DNA of 63,332 nucleotides, the filler included, from Folioceros fuciformis (Eukaryota), in assembly GCA_049999805.1 (NCBI GenBank). It is 5 parts of 5 records of this genome, joined end to end, with 100 filler letters (N's around TTAATTAATTAA, not from the genome) between each part and the next. Parts side by side here need not be neighbours in the genome. Positions count along the whole stretch, not along the records: positions 1 to 24,124 come from JBNGIO010005939.1; positions 24,225 to 46,536 come from JBNGIO010005940.1; 3 more parts are not named here. One strand, given 5' to 3'. How positions within the stretch are numbered: the stretch's first letter is position 1; each line of letters opens with the position of its first letter. Shown in pieces: positions 13,326 to 26,062 of the stretch. The translations under genes were made by a program, and so were the position numbers. The notes under the pieces are model-generated. The model was given only the letters and a program-made list of their open reading frames with translations. It did not search any database and was not told the DNA's origin.

Positions 13326-16300
13326 TCATAAGACTGCAACGATAATAAGGGGAAGTGTGGCCCCTTGGTGGTTCTTGGGTGTGCAAGAAATCACTCCACA
13401 GTCCCGTTGCAGGAAATCCCTCTCCTCCCTCCGTTGTCGATAACTAAGGATGAAGACAGGCTCCCGTTCAACCCACCGTTGTGCCTCCTCCTCCGTCAGT
13501 TCCTCCAAGACTGCCTCAGAATAGTAGTGAGGCAGCCCCCATATCCGCCAGTGGTAGTAGTAGATGCCCTTACGGGTCTTCTGTTGTAGGCCGTAGCCCC
13601 ACGTCTCTCCTGTGCCCATACGTACATACAAAAACAGCTTCAGAACTCGGGCTCCCTCCACATAGAGGCCTGGCACATAAGAAGCCTCCTCCTCATACTG
13701 CAGCATAACCTGACCCTGTCATAAGGGAGGTGCTTACCCCTTCCTCCCTAGGGCTACCTCGGACTGCCTGACCCCTACTCTCCTAGGGTACCTGAGAGTC
13801 CTCCATCCCTCTAGTTGCCACTGCTTCCCCCAGCTCAGTCCACCTAGTGCGAGTCGCCCTCTTGGAACACCTGGGCATAGGCGCCTTTGCCCTTACTGCT
13901 TCCGCTACCGGGGTCGTGGCTTCAGCTACCGGCACCGTACCTCCCCCACCGGTAGCCCCTTCAACTACCTCGGGCATCGCGAGACTACCGGTAGCTCCCC
14001 CGGCTACCGGTGTGGCCATTCAACTACCGGTAGCCCCTCCAACTACCGGTGTGGCCATTCGACTACTGGTAGCCCCTCCGGCTACCGGTTCTGGAACACG
14101 ACTACCAGTAGCCCCGTCTGCTACCGGTTCTGGAACTGGACTACCGGTAGCCCTTTCGGCTACCGGCGTCGTCGTCTGACCACTGCGCCCAGCCTTGCCC
14201 TTCCCTTTTACTCGCTCTCTGGCCTCGTCTCGCTCCCATTTGTACCTGTTCGCCAGCTTCTGGGCTTGTTCCATCGCAGCCATCTCCTGCTCCTAAGCCT
14301 TGGCCACCTCGTGCTGTATTTCCAAATTAGTCTCATGGGCTACCCTCACCTGAGCTAGGAGCGACTCCTGTTGCTCCATTAGCCCCTGGATCTCTACCTT
14401 GGCCTGGCGCGTCTCTTCTTCTGCTTGTGCCTTGCCCTCGCTCAGGACCCGCCGCTCTTCTTCCAAGAGCCGTCGTGCCGTTTCAGACTCCGCCAGTTGT
14501 CTTCAGGCTTCGGACTCCTTTCCTCTTGCCTCTGCCTCCCTACTTTGGGTCTCGGCCTCTTTCTCCGCCTGCCTGCTCAGCCAGGTCAATGCCCTAGCCA
14601 CTTGGTCCAACACGTCCGCTTGTGCCTGCACCATGGCTGAGGTTAGTCCTAGCAGATCCACCTCCTGCGACCCCATAGGAGCCATTCCCCTCTTGGTTAT
14701 CTGCCTCCCTAGCAGCGCTTGTAACTTCTCTAGCTCCCATGCCTGCAACCTATCCACTTGAGGAATTTTCCTAAAAACATCTTCCCATTCTGGGAAAACT
14801 TCCTGCTTCGGAGCATGCCCTAATTCACTCCTTTCCTCAAGAGGGGCCACTTCCATCGCTGGCATATGCTCCTGGGGTGCTTTTAGTTCCTCTTCATTCG
14901 GTTCTTGCTCTACCGACTCTTGGTCTGCTGGTTCTTGAACAGCTCCCTGCTCCCCCTCAGCCCGTTCCAGGCCTACCTCTTCCTACTTCTTGTAACGCCG
15001 ACGCGCTTCCTTTTCTGACAATCTGACCACTGGCCCGTCTCCTCTTGGCGGGAGCCTTTTTCCTTGACCCTGCCTTTCTCTTCTGCCTGGCGGGGGTCCC
15101 CTACTCCGAACTGTCCGCATCACCTGACTCTCAGCTGCTGGAGTTGGCTCCCGCTATCTCGGCGGGCTTCCACTTTACATCTCTTATTGGTCTCCACATG
15201 TGCAGTGAGGTGAGCACCTCCAGCTCAGACACGAGATTACCATAGCAGTAGATATGAATTAGAAAGGGAGAAATCATTGAAGGTCGGGGAGAGGACAGGG
15301 TTAGAGTCTGCCTTTCCTCGTCCATCTTGGCGTACAGGATTTTCTCCCAGTCCACCTTGCTCCCCTTGACCACCTCATGCACAAATAGGAGCATCTAGTC
15401 AGACAGATAATCCTACTTGCAAACCTACAGGAAACATAGGAACCACTTGGCCAGACCCATCATCTGAGGGTTGGCCATGTCGCGGACCAGCCATCCGTTG
15501 GCTTCCTTCTTGGTGCCTGGTTTGAGTAGCCCTTCGGCCTCTGCCGTGCCACCTCGTTTCTTCAGGGACTCCAACACCAATCCCCCCCCTCCTGCTAGTC
15601 GCGGCCATGCACTCGCCTTACCAGCTCCAAGTTCCATGCCTGGGGTCTACCACGGATTCCCTCTTCTCGGATGGGCTCTCTCATTTTCAAGGCGCGCTCC
15701 GTGACCAGCTACGACGCCGCATGATTCCACCTTTGGGTCATGAACCCGAGGCCTGGGTCTCCGACCAGCCCTCCAGCTCTGACCCTCCAGTGCTCCATGT
15801 TGGGCCATAGGAGCATGTCATTTTTCGATACAGGGGAGTCACCCTCCTACTCAGGTGCCGTTACTCCTGATAGCAACTCTAGCCATGGCCTCATCCTGCC
15901 TGATTCTTCCCCGTACTCCGAACCCTACTGCTCTCCTATGCATATGGTCGCCGGTGCTCTCCGCCCGCTCTGCTATACGCTAAGCTTCCGCTCCCCTCCA
16001 GCTATTGTCGCGCTTCGTGGCTACTCCCGCTCCTGCTCCAACCCGTGAAAGTTTCTGCCTTAATTACTGCCCAGGTCCTCCCCTGATTCACCCTAGGGTT
16101 TTATGCTGCCGTTCCCGTTCCACTACCGCCAATTGGGCTACCGCCGGTTTCCCTTCCACAACGGTCGCCCAACCAGCTACCATCTCCCAGTCATCACACT
16201 CCGGTTTTTCGCTTAAGTCCACAACTACCTAAGCCCCTACCCCATTTCCTGTTTCTTATTTTCCAAGGGGGGGGTACATATATAGACACCTGAGTGCCCC

Positions 16301-16810
16301 GCACTACCAAGGGCCAAGGACACCCTCGCCCACACTTCTCCTTGGTCTTGTCACTCAATCCTATCAAATCACCAAGGGCCAAGGAGCCTTTTGAGTATAA
16401 ATACCCAAGTATTATTTCCATACTAAGTCGCTTCACTTGCATCTTCACAAAAAAAAACAATACTTGTTCATTGTGTTCTTCAAAATGGGAGTCCCGAAAG
16501 TTTTTCTCCTCTACACACCTTCTCATTTCTCAGCTCACTCGCAACTCTCTACTTCTCTTATCAATGCGCCCCTTCAGGGCCCTCTCTTCTCTCTGAAGTT
16601 TGGAGGAATAATGGGTCACCGGAGGCTAAGGGAAGGGGTTCCCTCTTCCACTCCAAACTCGCGGATTCGGCCTCCGACACTCTCACCACTCCATGCGATC
16701 GTCCCGAGGATAGCTAGGGAGCTCGTCTCCCACTCGGCGAGGTTTCTCCTCCCGATTCGTCCCCGGGCCCGGTCGCGAAGCATCCACCACCTGCACCCAC
16801 ACCCTTAGAA
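13326..16810 (+). mobile_element. Probable 3' region of a degenerate LTR retroelement: decayed antisense coiled-coil ORF(s) (minus strand ~15950-13330), polypurine run at ~16265-16273, then LTR-like sequence
   Basis: Minus-strand reading frame broken by stops (KVDWEKILY..SPFLIHIY, E/A/R-rich coiled coil, 39-bp/13-aa GATGS repeats at ~13900-14170). aagggggggg precedes a non-coding tract. A second copy lies at 17055-18392. Confidence 0.5.
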
Positions 16811-17054
16811 CACTATGTGAGCTCGCTTACTTGGACCTCCTGTCCAGCAACGGCCATCGCTAGGCTTCCACAAGGTTGGAATGTTGGGCTAGTCTTTGCT
16901 AATTTTCTCGAGGCCCAAAACTGGCCTCTTGTACATGGTAGTGGCAGTCTTTCCGTCATAAAGTCTGTCAGGGGTCAGTCAACGCTCTTAAATTCTGAGA
17001 GGCTTAGGTCCAACCAAAACAATCTAAAAAAAAGACTGGACTAGACTGTAATTG

Positions 17055-18392
17055 CTATCGCCTCTCTCTTGGCCGCTGGCGCCTTCCTCCTGGCCGTCGC
17101 GCTCCTCCCCCTATTGGTCTACCTCTGGCCCTCCTACCCCGCCATTGGTCCGGTAGGTCCTCCCACAGGACCTCTACCTCACTGCTGCTACTGCTGGCCC
17201 TTGCTGGCGGTGGCGCAGGTGGGTCTCGTCGCAAGGAATCTCTCTCCTCCCTCCAGCGCCGATTGCTGAGGATGGGGACAGGCTCACGCTCAACCCATTG
17301 CTGTGCCTCCTCCTCCATCAATTCCTCTAGGACTACCTCGGAATAGCAATGAGGGAGTCCCCATACCCGCCAGCGGTAGTAGTAGATGCCCCTGCGGGTC
17401 CTCAGTTGCAGGTCGTAGCCCCGCGTCCCTCCTGTGCCCCCCTTCCTCCCTTGGGCTACCTCGGGATGCCTATCCCCTGCTTTCCTAGGGTACTTGAGGA
17501 TCCACCATCCCTCAAGTTGCTGTTGCTTCCCCCAACTCAGTCCGCCTGGTGCGAGTCGCTCTCCGGGAACGCCTAGGCACAGGCGCCTCCGCCATCACTT
17601 CTTCGGCTACCGGGGTCATGGCCTCGACTACCGGCATCGTCCCAAGACTACCGGTAGCCGCTTCGGCTACCGGTGTGGCCATTCGACTACCAATAGCCTT
17701 GTCGGCTACCGGCACTATTGCGTGGCTATTGCACCCCGCCTTACCCTTTCCCTTTACTCGCTCCTTGGCCTCATCTTGCTCCCGTTTGTACTTGTCGGCA
17801 AGCTTCTGGACTTGTTCCATCACAGCCATCTCCTGCTTGTGAGCCTTAGCCACTTCCTGTTGTATTTCCATATTAGTCTCATGGGCTTCCCTCACCTGAG
17901 CTAGGAGCGACTCCTGTTGCTCCTTCAGTGCCTGGATCTCTACCTTGGCCTGGCGCACCTCTTCCTCTGCTTGTGCCTTGTCCTCACTCAGGACCCGCTG
18001 CTTCTCTTCCAGGAGCCGCCGTGCCGTCTCAAACTCCGCCAGCTGTCTTTAGGCTTCAGCCTCCTTTCCTCTTGCCTCTGCCTCCTTACTTCGAGCCTCG
18101 GCTTCCCTCTCCGTCTGCATGCTCAGCCAGGTCAGCGCCCTGGCCACCTGGTCCAGCACGTCCGCTCGTGCCTGCACCATGGCTAAGGTTAGTCCTGGCA
18201 GAACCACCTCTTGGGACCTCGTAGGAGCCATTCCCCTCTTGGTTATCTGCCTCCCCATCAGCACTCGTGGCTTCTCCAGCTCCCCTACTTGTAGCCTATC
18301 CACCTGAGGGATTTTTCTAAAAACATCTTCCCATTTCGGAAGACTTCCTGCTCCGAAGCGTGCCCTAATTCACTCCTCACCTCAGGAGGGGC
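17055..18392 (-). mobile_element. Second, diverged copy of the antisense coiled-coil TE-associated ORF region, truncated by Copia insertion
   Basis: Aligns by eye with 13420-14847 (VLDQVARALTWLS, EEEAQ.WVEREPV). Similarity stops at gaggggc|tgtgac. Confidence 0.7.
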
Positions 18393-21300
18393 TGTGACGA
18401 GTTAAGGCCCTTACGTAGAGGGTATATCGTTAGGGTTACTCGCTTACTTGCTGGTTATTCATATTAGGGCTAAATATGTGAAGGTTGCATAGTTGAAGAG
18501 ACACTTGAAGTGATATTTTGTACTGTTTTTTTAATGTAGAGAAAAACATAGTTGAGGCAAACACGCTAGCTCTCTACGTAAATTACACATGGTATCAAAG
18601 CTGAGCAAATGCTCAGACTCCTTAATTCATAATGCCAAGACAGGGTAGATCCCGTGGAGATCATCACCAGAACAAAAGAGGCCGATGAGTGGCTGTGACA
18701 CACCCACCCAGATTTTACAGGCCTACTCCTACTGACGAAGTTCTAGATCTCTAGGAGGCAAACTACCCTGAACTGTGCCTTAGGCAGTTTGTTGGTAGGA
18801 ATTCAGGAACCCCCTAGTGCACGAGCACGTGCTGCAAGGTTACAACAGAGAAATTCTCAAGTAGACTCCTTGTATCGTGCTAGATGCTACACTAGAAATC
18901 AGAACCCTGGATTGCGCTATCAGCCACCTACCCGCAACATCCCTGTCCATTCGCTCTTCACAAATTCTACCAAGACACCTGTCTTTGCTCCTGCAGCAGA
19001 TAACCATTTGCAGTCAATCCCTGGCCTGAAGGACCATCCAAACTACGACTGCACAATCAGGTGCCTAGAAGAAAGAAAAATTGTTGAAGATCGTTTGGAG
19101 TCTGCTCTTGGCAAGATTGAAAGAAATCAACACATTCTACAGGACAGCGTTGCTCGCATGCAAATCTGCATCGACACAAAGATTGCAAGGATTGGCCATG
19201 ATGTGGAACACCTCACAGAGATTCTGCATCAAATGGATATTGGACAGAGATACTCTTCAGAGTCCCCTTCCACCAGCAGCAACACCATCCTGTGATCTTG
19301 CTTCCGCTGGCAGGGAGTGAGGAGACACAAAGCGCCACTGTCCAGACAGATGCGATTTTTCATTCAGATTCGAAGGGGCACAATTCCATATTTGTCCCTT
19401 GCATCTTTAGTGTCTTCTGCTGTTTGATAGGCCAACTAACCTGTCATATTCAAGCGACATGACGGTTAGAAACCCTAAAGAACTCAACTGTAACGTTTCA
19501 TGTTTGAAAGTGCACTAAGTTTCTTTTGCAGGACATATACGTTTCATGGAAGGTAGATGAAGGAAGAAGCATGCTGTTGACTAGATAGGTGCTCATGCCT
19601 CCCCCTTCATCTAGCCTCCTGTCACGCATGGTCAACATTAGCTGCATTTAAGATAACACACATGTTTTAAGCACGACAATGCATCATTTTTGTCTTCCCA
19701 AAACCATAGTTTAAAGGTGGAGACTTAGCTGGTTTGCATGTCCAGATTCGGTTACGATGATAGTGACGATAGTGACATCAATCGCCACTCCTCTTCCAGT
19801 TCAGAAGAAGGTGAAGTCGACCAAGCTGCATATTTTGCATCCTTCTTTTGGTCGAACCCTCCAGTAGTTCCCATCATCCCTGCTGCACAGTCACACACAA
19901 ACATGTCAAACCCGTCATTTACATCAGACTTGAAAGAGAAAGATCGGTTTAACGGTACTAAGTACCCTGTGTGGAGAGTGCGTATCAAGGCCATCCTTAT
20001 AGCACGAGGTGTCTGGAATGTGGTCAGTGGTTCATTTGCAGTACCTGACTCAGCCACAGGCACTCAAGCTGATAAGGATAGGTGGGAAGCACATAACCAA
20101 GTTGCTGTAGCAGTCTTGGTCAATGGACTGGACTCCATACTTGTCCCTGACGTAGAGTATCTCACAAAGGGTATAGAGATATGGAACCAGTTAGAAAAGA
20201 CCTATCAAGTCACGAATATAATGCAACAATGCGCTGTTAGGCAAGAGTATTATACGTTAAGAAAGAAAGAGGGAGAGAAAGTGGGTCCTTACTATACTAA
20301 GTTCCGCCACTTACGTGCTCAGCTCGCTTCATTGAAGTACAAGATTGCTGAGGAACATGCTATTGTGCAGCTGCTGAGCAGCCTGCCTGCATCCCTCCAG
20401 CAATTTGTCAGCTCGTATAATGGGCCTTTGTGTACAGCACAGGCTGCTGTAGCCGCCGGGAACGCAAGCACCCTCACAGTTGAAGATGTGGTGGCTGCCT
20501 TGCATCAGGAGGAGCATAGTCGCTTGTTTTCTGCCGGTAGCTCTAAGCGAAAGGCAGATAAAGTGTTGATGGCCAGGTTTAAACCTAACGGGCAGAAGGG
20601 TAAGCCTGACTAGGCGAACAAACGTGATTCCGGATCATCCAGGTCAACTCCTAAGAAGACAGGCAACTGCAATTGGTACGGTATACCTGGTCACTGGGCC
20701 AGAGACTGCCGTAAAAAGAAGGCGGGGGAACCCCAGAAGAAGGCATCCACCAATGTTGCTGTTAAGGACAAGAGCTCAAACGACTCTTCCTCATCTGTAG
20801 AGAACGTCAAAGGAATAGTCAGAATCTACACAGTATGTCTCTCAAACTCCTTCCATGATAAGGACAGTTGGTACATGGATTCAGGTGCAACTGCCCACAT
20901 ATGCAAGGACAAGGACTTGTTCTCGTACCTGGACACCTCACATATCCATGATAAGGTGTTGCTGGGTGACGAGAAGAGTGCGACAAGCCTTCGAATTGAA
21001 GGACGTGGTAAATGCATTTTCGTATTACATGACAAGACTGACCTGATACTGGAAGATGTTTTGTATGTCCCACGAATGGCGAAGAACCTCATGTCCTTGA
21101 GCAGGCTAATGAGTCTGAAACTGTACAGCATGTTAGCAGACAGAACTTCCTGTTCGTTCCACACTATCTCTGTCCCGCACAAGCTAGTGTTCAAAGGCCT
21201 TCCTGACTGTGATCTGTACCGTTTGGACATTCACTGTAGGTCTCAACCTGCAGCTCTGTCAAAAGGCACAGGTCAGCTAGATTCACAAGTGTTAGCTTCT

Positions 21301-22171
21301 CTTTGGCATGCCAGGCTTGGTCATGCCAACAGGGCAAAGCTCATTGACATGGTTGGAAAGGACTATTATCGAGAACCCTTACCTAGATGCTTCAAGGACC
21401 TTTCGATTTGTGAAGCCTGTATACTTGCTAAGCAGAAGGAACAGCCATTCTCAAGCACACTTGCACATAGGGCCAGTCATGTGTTAGTACTCATACATGC
21501 TGACATATCTGGGAAAATTCACGAGCCATCATTTGGAGGTTCTCGGTATTACCTTACTCTTACTGACGATTATAGTCGATACTCGTGGACCTTCCCCATG
21601 TAGCTAAAAAGTGATACTTTCCAACTGTTCAGAGACTGGCTTCCTCTGGTGCAGCGACACATTGGACAGGTTGTTAAATGGCTTCGAACTGACAATGGCA
21701 CTGAATTCATCAATGCATAGTTTGATACCTACTTGCAGGAGTATGGGATTCAGCGTCAGCTGACAGTCCCCTACACACCACAACATAATGGAGTTGCTGA
21801 ACGTAAAAATCAAACCTTACTCGGCATGACTTGCAGCATGTTACTTTGGGCAGGACTCCCACAAGGATATTGGGCAGACAGTGGTGGCTGCCACCTATAT
21901 ACTGAACAGGGTGTTTACAAGTTCTGTCAAAGGGCAGACCCCCTATGAGATACTCTGGAAACGTAAGCCCAACATTCTTCATCTCCGAGTCTTCGGCTCT
22001 CGGGCTTTCGCCTATATCCCTGCCGAAAAGAGGAGGAAGTTAGACAATCGGGCACAAGGTCTTATTTTCGTAGGATACAGCGAGAATGTCAAAGCTTACA
22101 AACTTTATGACAAGCATAGACATACCATTGTTCTGGCAAGGAGTGTCACCTTCTTGGAACCACATGCACCT
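18393..22171 (+). mobile_element. Ty1/Copia element 1 (5' LTR 18393-~18589, PBS 18590-18601, extra leader ORF, gag-PR-INT from 19738); decayed and interrupted by element 2
   Basis: TG...CA LTR and PBS TGGTATCAAAGC. Gag DRFNGTKYPVW, protease WYMDSGATAH, LWHARLGH, integrase HADISG/TDNGTEF/NGVAERKN. Premature TAGs at 20611, 21601 and 21718, and a frameshift near 21880. Confidence 0.92.
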
Positions 22172-23640
22172 TGTTAGAAATCAAGCTCTAACTGAATTGT
22201 TATTAAGAGCATACAACACTTAGGATAGTGTAGATTATCCCATATTGAACTCGTAGTTATTTATCACCTAAGTGTTATTAGGATATATCAGGATATACTA
22301 GGATATTGCACCCTCGAGACTAAGGCTTACCTTATCGAGGGTTGCCCGCTTGAAGGCTATATATGTAGCATCTTGTGCACCATAAGTAAGGAACTGTGGA
22401 GTCCTTCTATGCCTGTGGTGCTATTTCAACATGGTATCAGAGCCAGAGAGAGAGTGTCGGTGCCATTGGTGGCTATGGCGGGGGTTTGAGGCTATGGCCG
22501 TGAGCGTGAAGGTGGCTGGCAACGCAAGCCATTGAGAGGCGTAGGAGGCGCAGCGGCGTAGGCGGCGTAGGAAGCCGCAACAGGCGCTACAGGGGCAAGA
22601 GCGCGCAAGAGGCGTGAGAGGGAGAGAGACTTAGGAGGAGCAGCAACTACTGGAGGCAACCAGGCCGTGGAAGCCACAACAGGCCCAGGATTTGCGAGGA
22701 GGAAGGCCTGAACTTGGCAAACAATGTTTTTTTTTTTTTTGGAAGCTTGAGCAAAGGCTGTTTTTGCTTAGCGAAGAGTCAGCTACACATTCAGGAATTG
22801 TTGAGATTTGATTGAGGCTTGTGGAGTGCTGGAGCTCTACAGCAGTGCAGGGAGTTGCAGGACAAGTGTTGGTGCGTAAAGGAGCCTGAATCATGGCTAA
22901 TGTGCAGGGATCAGACAATATCTCTCAGGTTGTGGGAGAGAAGTTGGATAACAAGAATTTTGCTTTGTGGAAGTTCAGGATGAAGAACTTCTTGGTAGGT
23001 AGAGGCTATTGGGACCTCTGCACAGGTGATGAGAGTGAACCAGAGATGGATCGTACTCCATCATAGGAGCAAAAGACTGCTCACAAGCATTGGACTGAGA
23101 GAGCATGTAAAGTGTTACACTGGCTCTCCTTAAGCATTTCAGATGCTATGGTCATACAGATCACGGGATGTGAGTCTCCAAAGGATGCATGGGACATACT
23201 CATGAGGAACTATGGAAATGTCACACATGCTAGGAAAATCCAGTTGAAGCAGCAGTTCAACAAGTTGTCACGAGGTAGTAGATCCATACTCGTGTATACA
23301 ACAGAGGNNNNNNNNNNNNNNNNNNNNNNNNNNNNNNNNNNNNNNNNNNNNNNNNNNNNNNNNNNNNNNNNNNNNNNNNNNNNNNNNNNNNNNNNNNNNN
23401 NNNNNNNTCTGTGAGAGTTGAGTTCCCAAGTTGGGATGAATTGGTTGCTTTGTTACTGCATGAGGAAGTTAAGCTTGGTCTGAACACAGGTTCACGTATA
23501 TCTCAAGGGAGAGACACTGTTTTGTTTTCTAACCAGCGTGGGAGAGGCCACAGAGGTCGTGGTTCATTCCAAGGACAGGGTGATGCTCGGAACACGCAAA
23601 ATCAGCAAGACAATTGGCGTGGAGGAAATGCGCAAGGCAA
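22172..23640 (+). mobile_element. Ty1/Copia element 2, nested in element 1 (LTR 22172-22431, PBS 22432-22443, gag from 22893); truncated
   Basis: tgttag...ttcaaca followed by TGGTATCAGAGC. Gag EKLDNKNFALWKFRMKNFL..., SPKDAWDIL, with internal stops and an N gap. Confidence 0.88.
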
Positions 23641-23644
23641 TTGC

Positions 23645-24124
23645 CGGGTGAGAGTGCGCCAACGGAGGACGCCAGAGCACCTGAGGAGGTCAAGGCAAGG
23701 CGCACGGGGGCTGCGGAAGCTGCCCCCGCCGCGTCGCCAGAAGAAAACCGAGGATTTCCCCCCGACATCAGTCGCGAGGTGGCGACGATGCTGGAGGAGG
23801 AATTACGGCGACTAACACGACACCCGCGGCGAGTGAGTTTCTGGGAACTACCTGAAGGGACGAATGGAGGGGAACTTGCTCAGCCTTCGAGTCCCACTCA
23901 CTCGGAAGTAGTTTCAAGATTGCATGGGGATCCAGGACACGACGACGGCAAGTCAGGGCGACCAACCCTCTCGGACCAGATCGCAAACTTTGCAGATGCC
24001 CTCCTCGACCATGAGTTCGTGATTAGCCTGCGGCAACTATTGGCAGTTAGCCCAAGATCTCGCAAGATCGTAAAGGAGACAATTCGCGGAATTCCGGAAC
24101 CCTTAACTGCGAAGAACGCGCTCG
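23645..24124 (+). mobile_element. Probable Ty3/Gypsy gag-protease-linker fragment
   Basis: Abrupt switch to GC-rich sequence. ISLRQLLAVSP motif resembles the region upstream of Gypsy proteases. Ends at a linker. Confidence 0.45.
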
Positions 24125-24224
24125 NNNNNNNNNNNNNNNNNNNNNNNNNNNNNNNNNNNNNNNNNNNNTTAATTAATTAANNNNNNNNNNNNNNNNNNNN
24201 NNNNNNNNNNNNNNNNNNNNNNNN
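24125..24224. other. Artificial scaffold linker (N-TTAATTAATTAA-N); same at 46537-46636, 57819-57918 and 61394-61493
   Basis: Identical 100-nt block with a six-frame stop 12-mer in the middle of N runs. Confidence 0.97.
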
Positions 24225-24930
24225 TATATTTAATTATCGTTCAAACAATATTATGTGAGTGAATGAAATGCCTTCAAAATAAAACCAAGCATTTCATTCA
24301 TAAGTAGAGAGGAGATGACATGAACCCATCCTTGTTAAAATATTATGTAATTTGATATTTAAAAAAAGATGCTTACATTTTGCAATACTTGAATTTCACT
24401 TTACGAAATCAATACCGGTACAAAGAATATGCTTCAAATTCTTTTCTTTTAATTTGGCTTCAATAAATCAAGAATTTGAATATATAATATTAACATGTCT
24501 TTCTTTTCTATTGCACTCCAATCTAAGTTCGTCCAGTATAATGTACTTTAAAAAGCAAAAAGTTAGATTCTAGTGAAATTTTAATAATATTAAATAATAA
24601 AATCTATACAAAAAATCTCTCAATATATGATTTTATTTTTCTGACTTTCAAAATTCCATCTACAATCCATGTTCAATAGTCTAGTTTGTATAAAAGATTT
24701 TAAAATATAAATTATAGTAATATAATACTTTTAGTTATTTATTATTTCTAAAAAATTATCTATTATTATTCTAGTATATATCATATATATCTATTTAACT
24801 ATATGATAGTTTATAACTCCTTTGAAAAAAATGCATCAAGATATAATTTGAAGAACTAATACATAATTCATAACTCTATTTATTTTGTACAAATTCTGCG
24901 TAATAAAAATTTTTCATTCATACTTCGTTT

Positions 24931-25544
24931 TCAAAAAACCTTCCACGTTACACAAGGGTCATTTGGATCTACAAACAATTAGAGCATATTAATGTACTAA
25001 TTCAATTGTAGAAAATTAATTGCATCAACAGATTCAAGATTGTTTTTTTTTAATAACAAGTACGTACCTAGCTTAGTGACCGTCGTTGTTATGTCGTCAC
25101 GTTGAGGATCTGACGAGATGCTCGAAAATATCATGCACGATCCTTCTTTGTTGTAGGTGAAGACTAAGCATTGTTCTTGGTTGCAAAACTCACTACATTG
25201 CACTAAGGTACTAGTAGTGGTATCAGCTTGAGGTATGCCTCGCATGATAGTATATGGGTACACATTACATTCACCTGCGATTTTGAACGAGTTAATTATT
25301 TGACTTAAAATTGAACATTTTTTTGTAGAATATAATTTCACTCCGAATCGCATCAGTCGTGCGGGTCAGTCATTAGTGAAGTGTTGGGCTGTCTATCAAT
25401 CAAATTCATCATACATACAAGAGCTGAAAGCAAGTCACACAAGATAATATGAATCGTGTTGATTATTAAAAAGGAAAATTATTTACCTTCTGCGAAACGA
25501 AGTTTCGTGATAAGAGCTAACACTAATATTGTTGTGAAATTCAT
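24931..25544 (-). CDS. Small secreted PAN/apple-like domain protein, 100 aa; exons 25544-25487, 25274-25068, 24968-24931
   Basis: MNFTTILVLALITKLRFAE|GECNVYPYTIMRGIP...QCSEFCNQEQCLVFTYNKEGSCMIF...TKL|DPNDPCVTWKVF*. Two phase-1 GT-AG introns give 303 nt in frame, with a hydrophobic N-terminus and six Cys in PAN spacing. Confidence 0.68.
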
Positions 25545-25962
25545 GTATTGATANNNNNNNNNNNNNNNNNNNNNNNNNNNNNNNNNNNNNNNNNNNNNNN
25601 NNNNNNNNNNNNNNNNNNNNNNNNNNNNNNNNNNNNNNNNNNNNNNNNNNNNNAAATAAGATTCAAAATGTATCACACATCCCTATTTGTACCTCACTAG
25701 AAATCCTTGTTTTTTCAACACTCAAACTATGTAAATATTCACCAACCTTCAGCATATTGCATTAACTATTATAGAATAAAAAAAATAGTGAACGACCTTG
25801 ACCGAAATAAAGATAAGGGAATAATAAAACTTTAAGGTTTACTGTTATTTGAATATTAAATATAATTAATTATTTTTATTTAATAAATTGATAAATATTT
25901 TCATATTACAAACAAAATGGATGATTTCATCCTACAACAATATATGCAATGAGGTGGAACAG

Positions 25963-26062
25963 ATTATTTTTTATTATTGAAAAAAGAAATAGAAAGTCCC
26001 ATCTACTCTGAAGATGAGAGGAACAACCCGAGCAAGGCCAAAAGCCAAAAAGGATACTAGCA
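25963..26062 (-). repeat. Terminal fragment of repeat family A
   Basis: tattttttattattgaaaaaagaaatagaaagtcccatctactc..gaggaacaacc..gcaaggccaaa matches 8137-8250. Confidence 0.7.

Noticed and set aside
24169-24180. Palindromic TTAATTAATTAA recurring four times
   Set aside because: Always centred in a 100-nt N block, so it is an artificial six-frame-stop linker and not biological.
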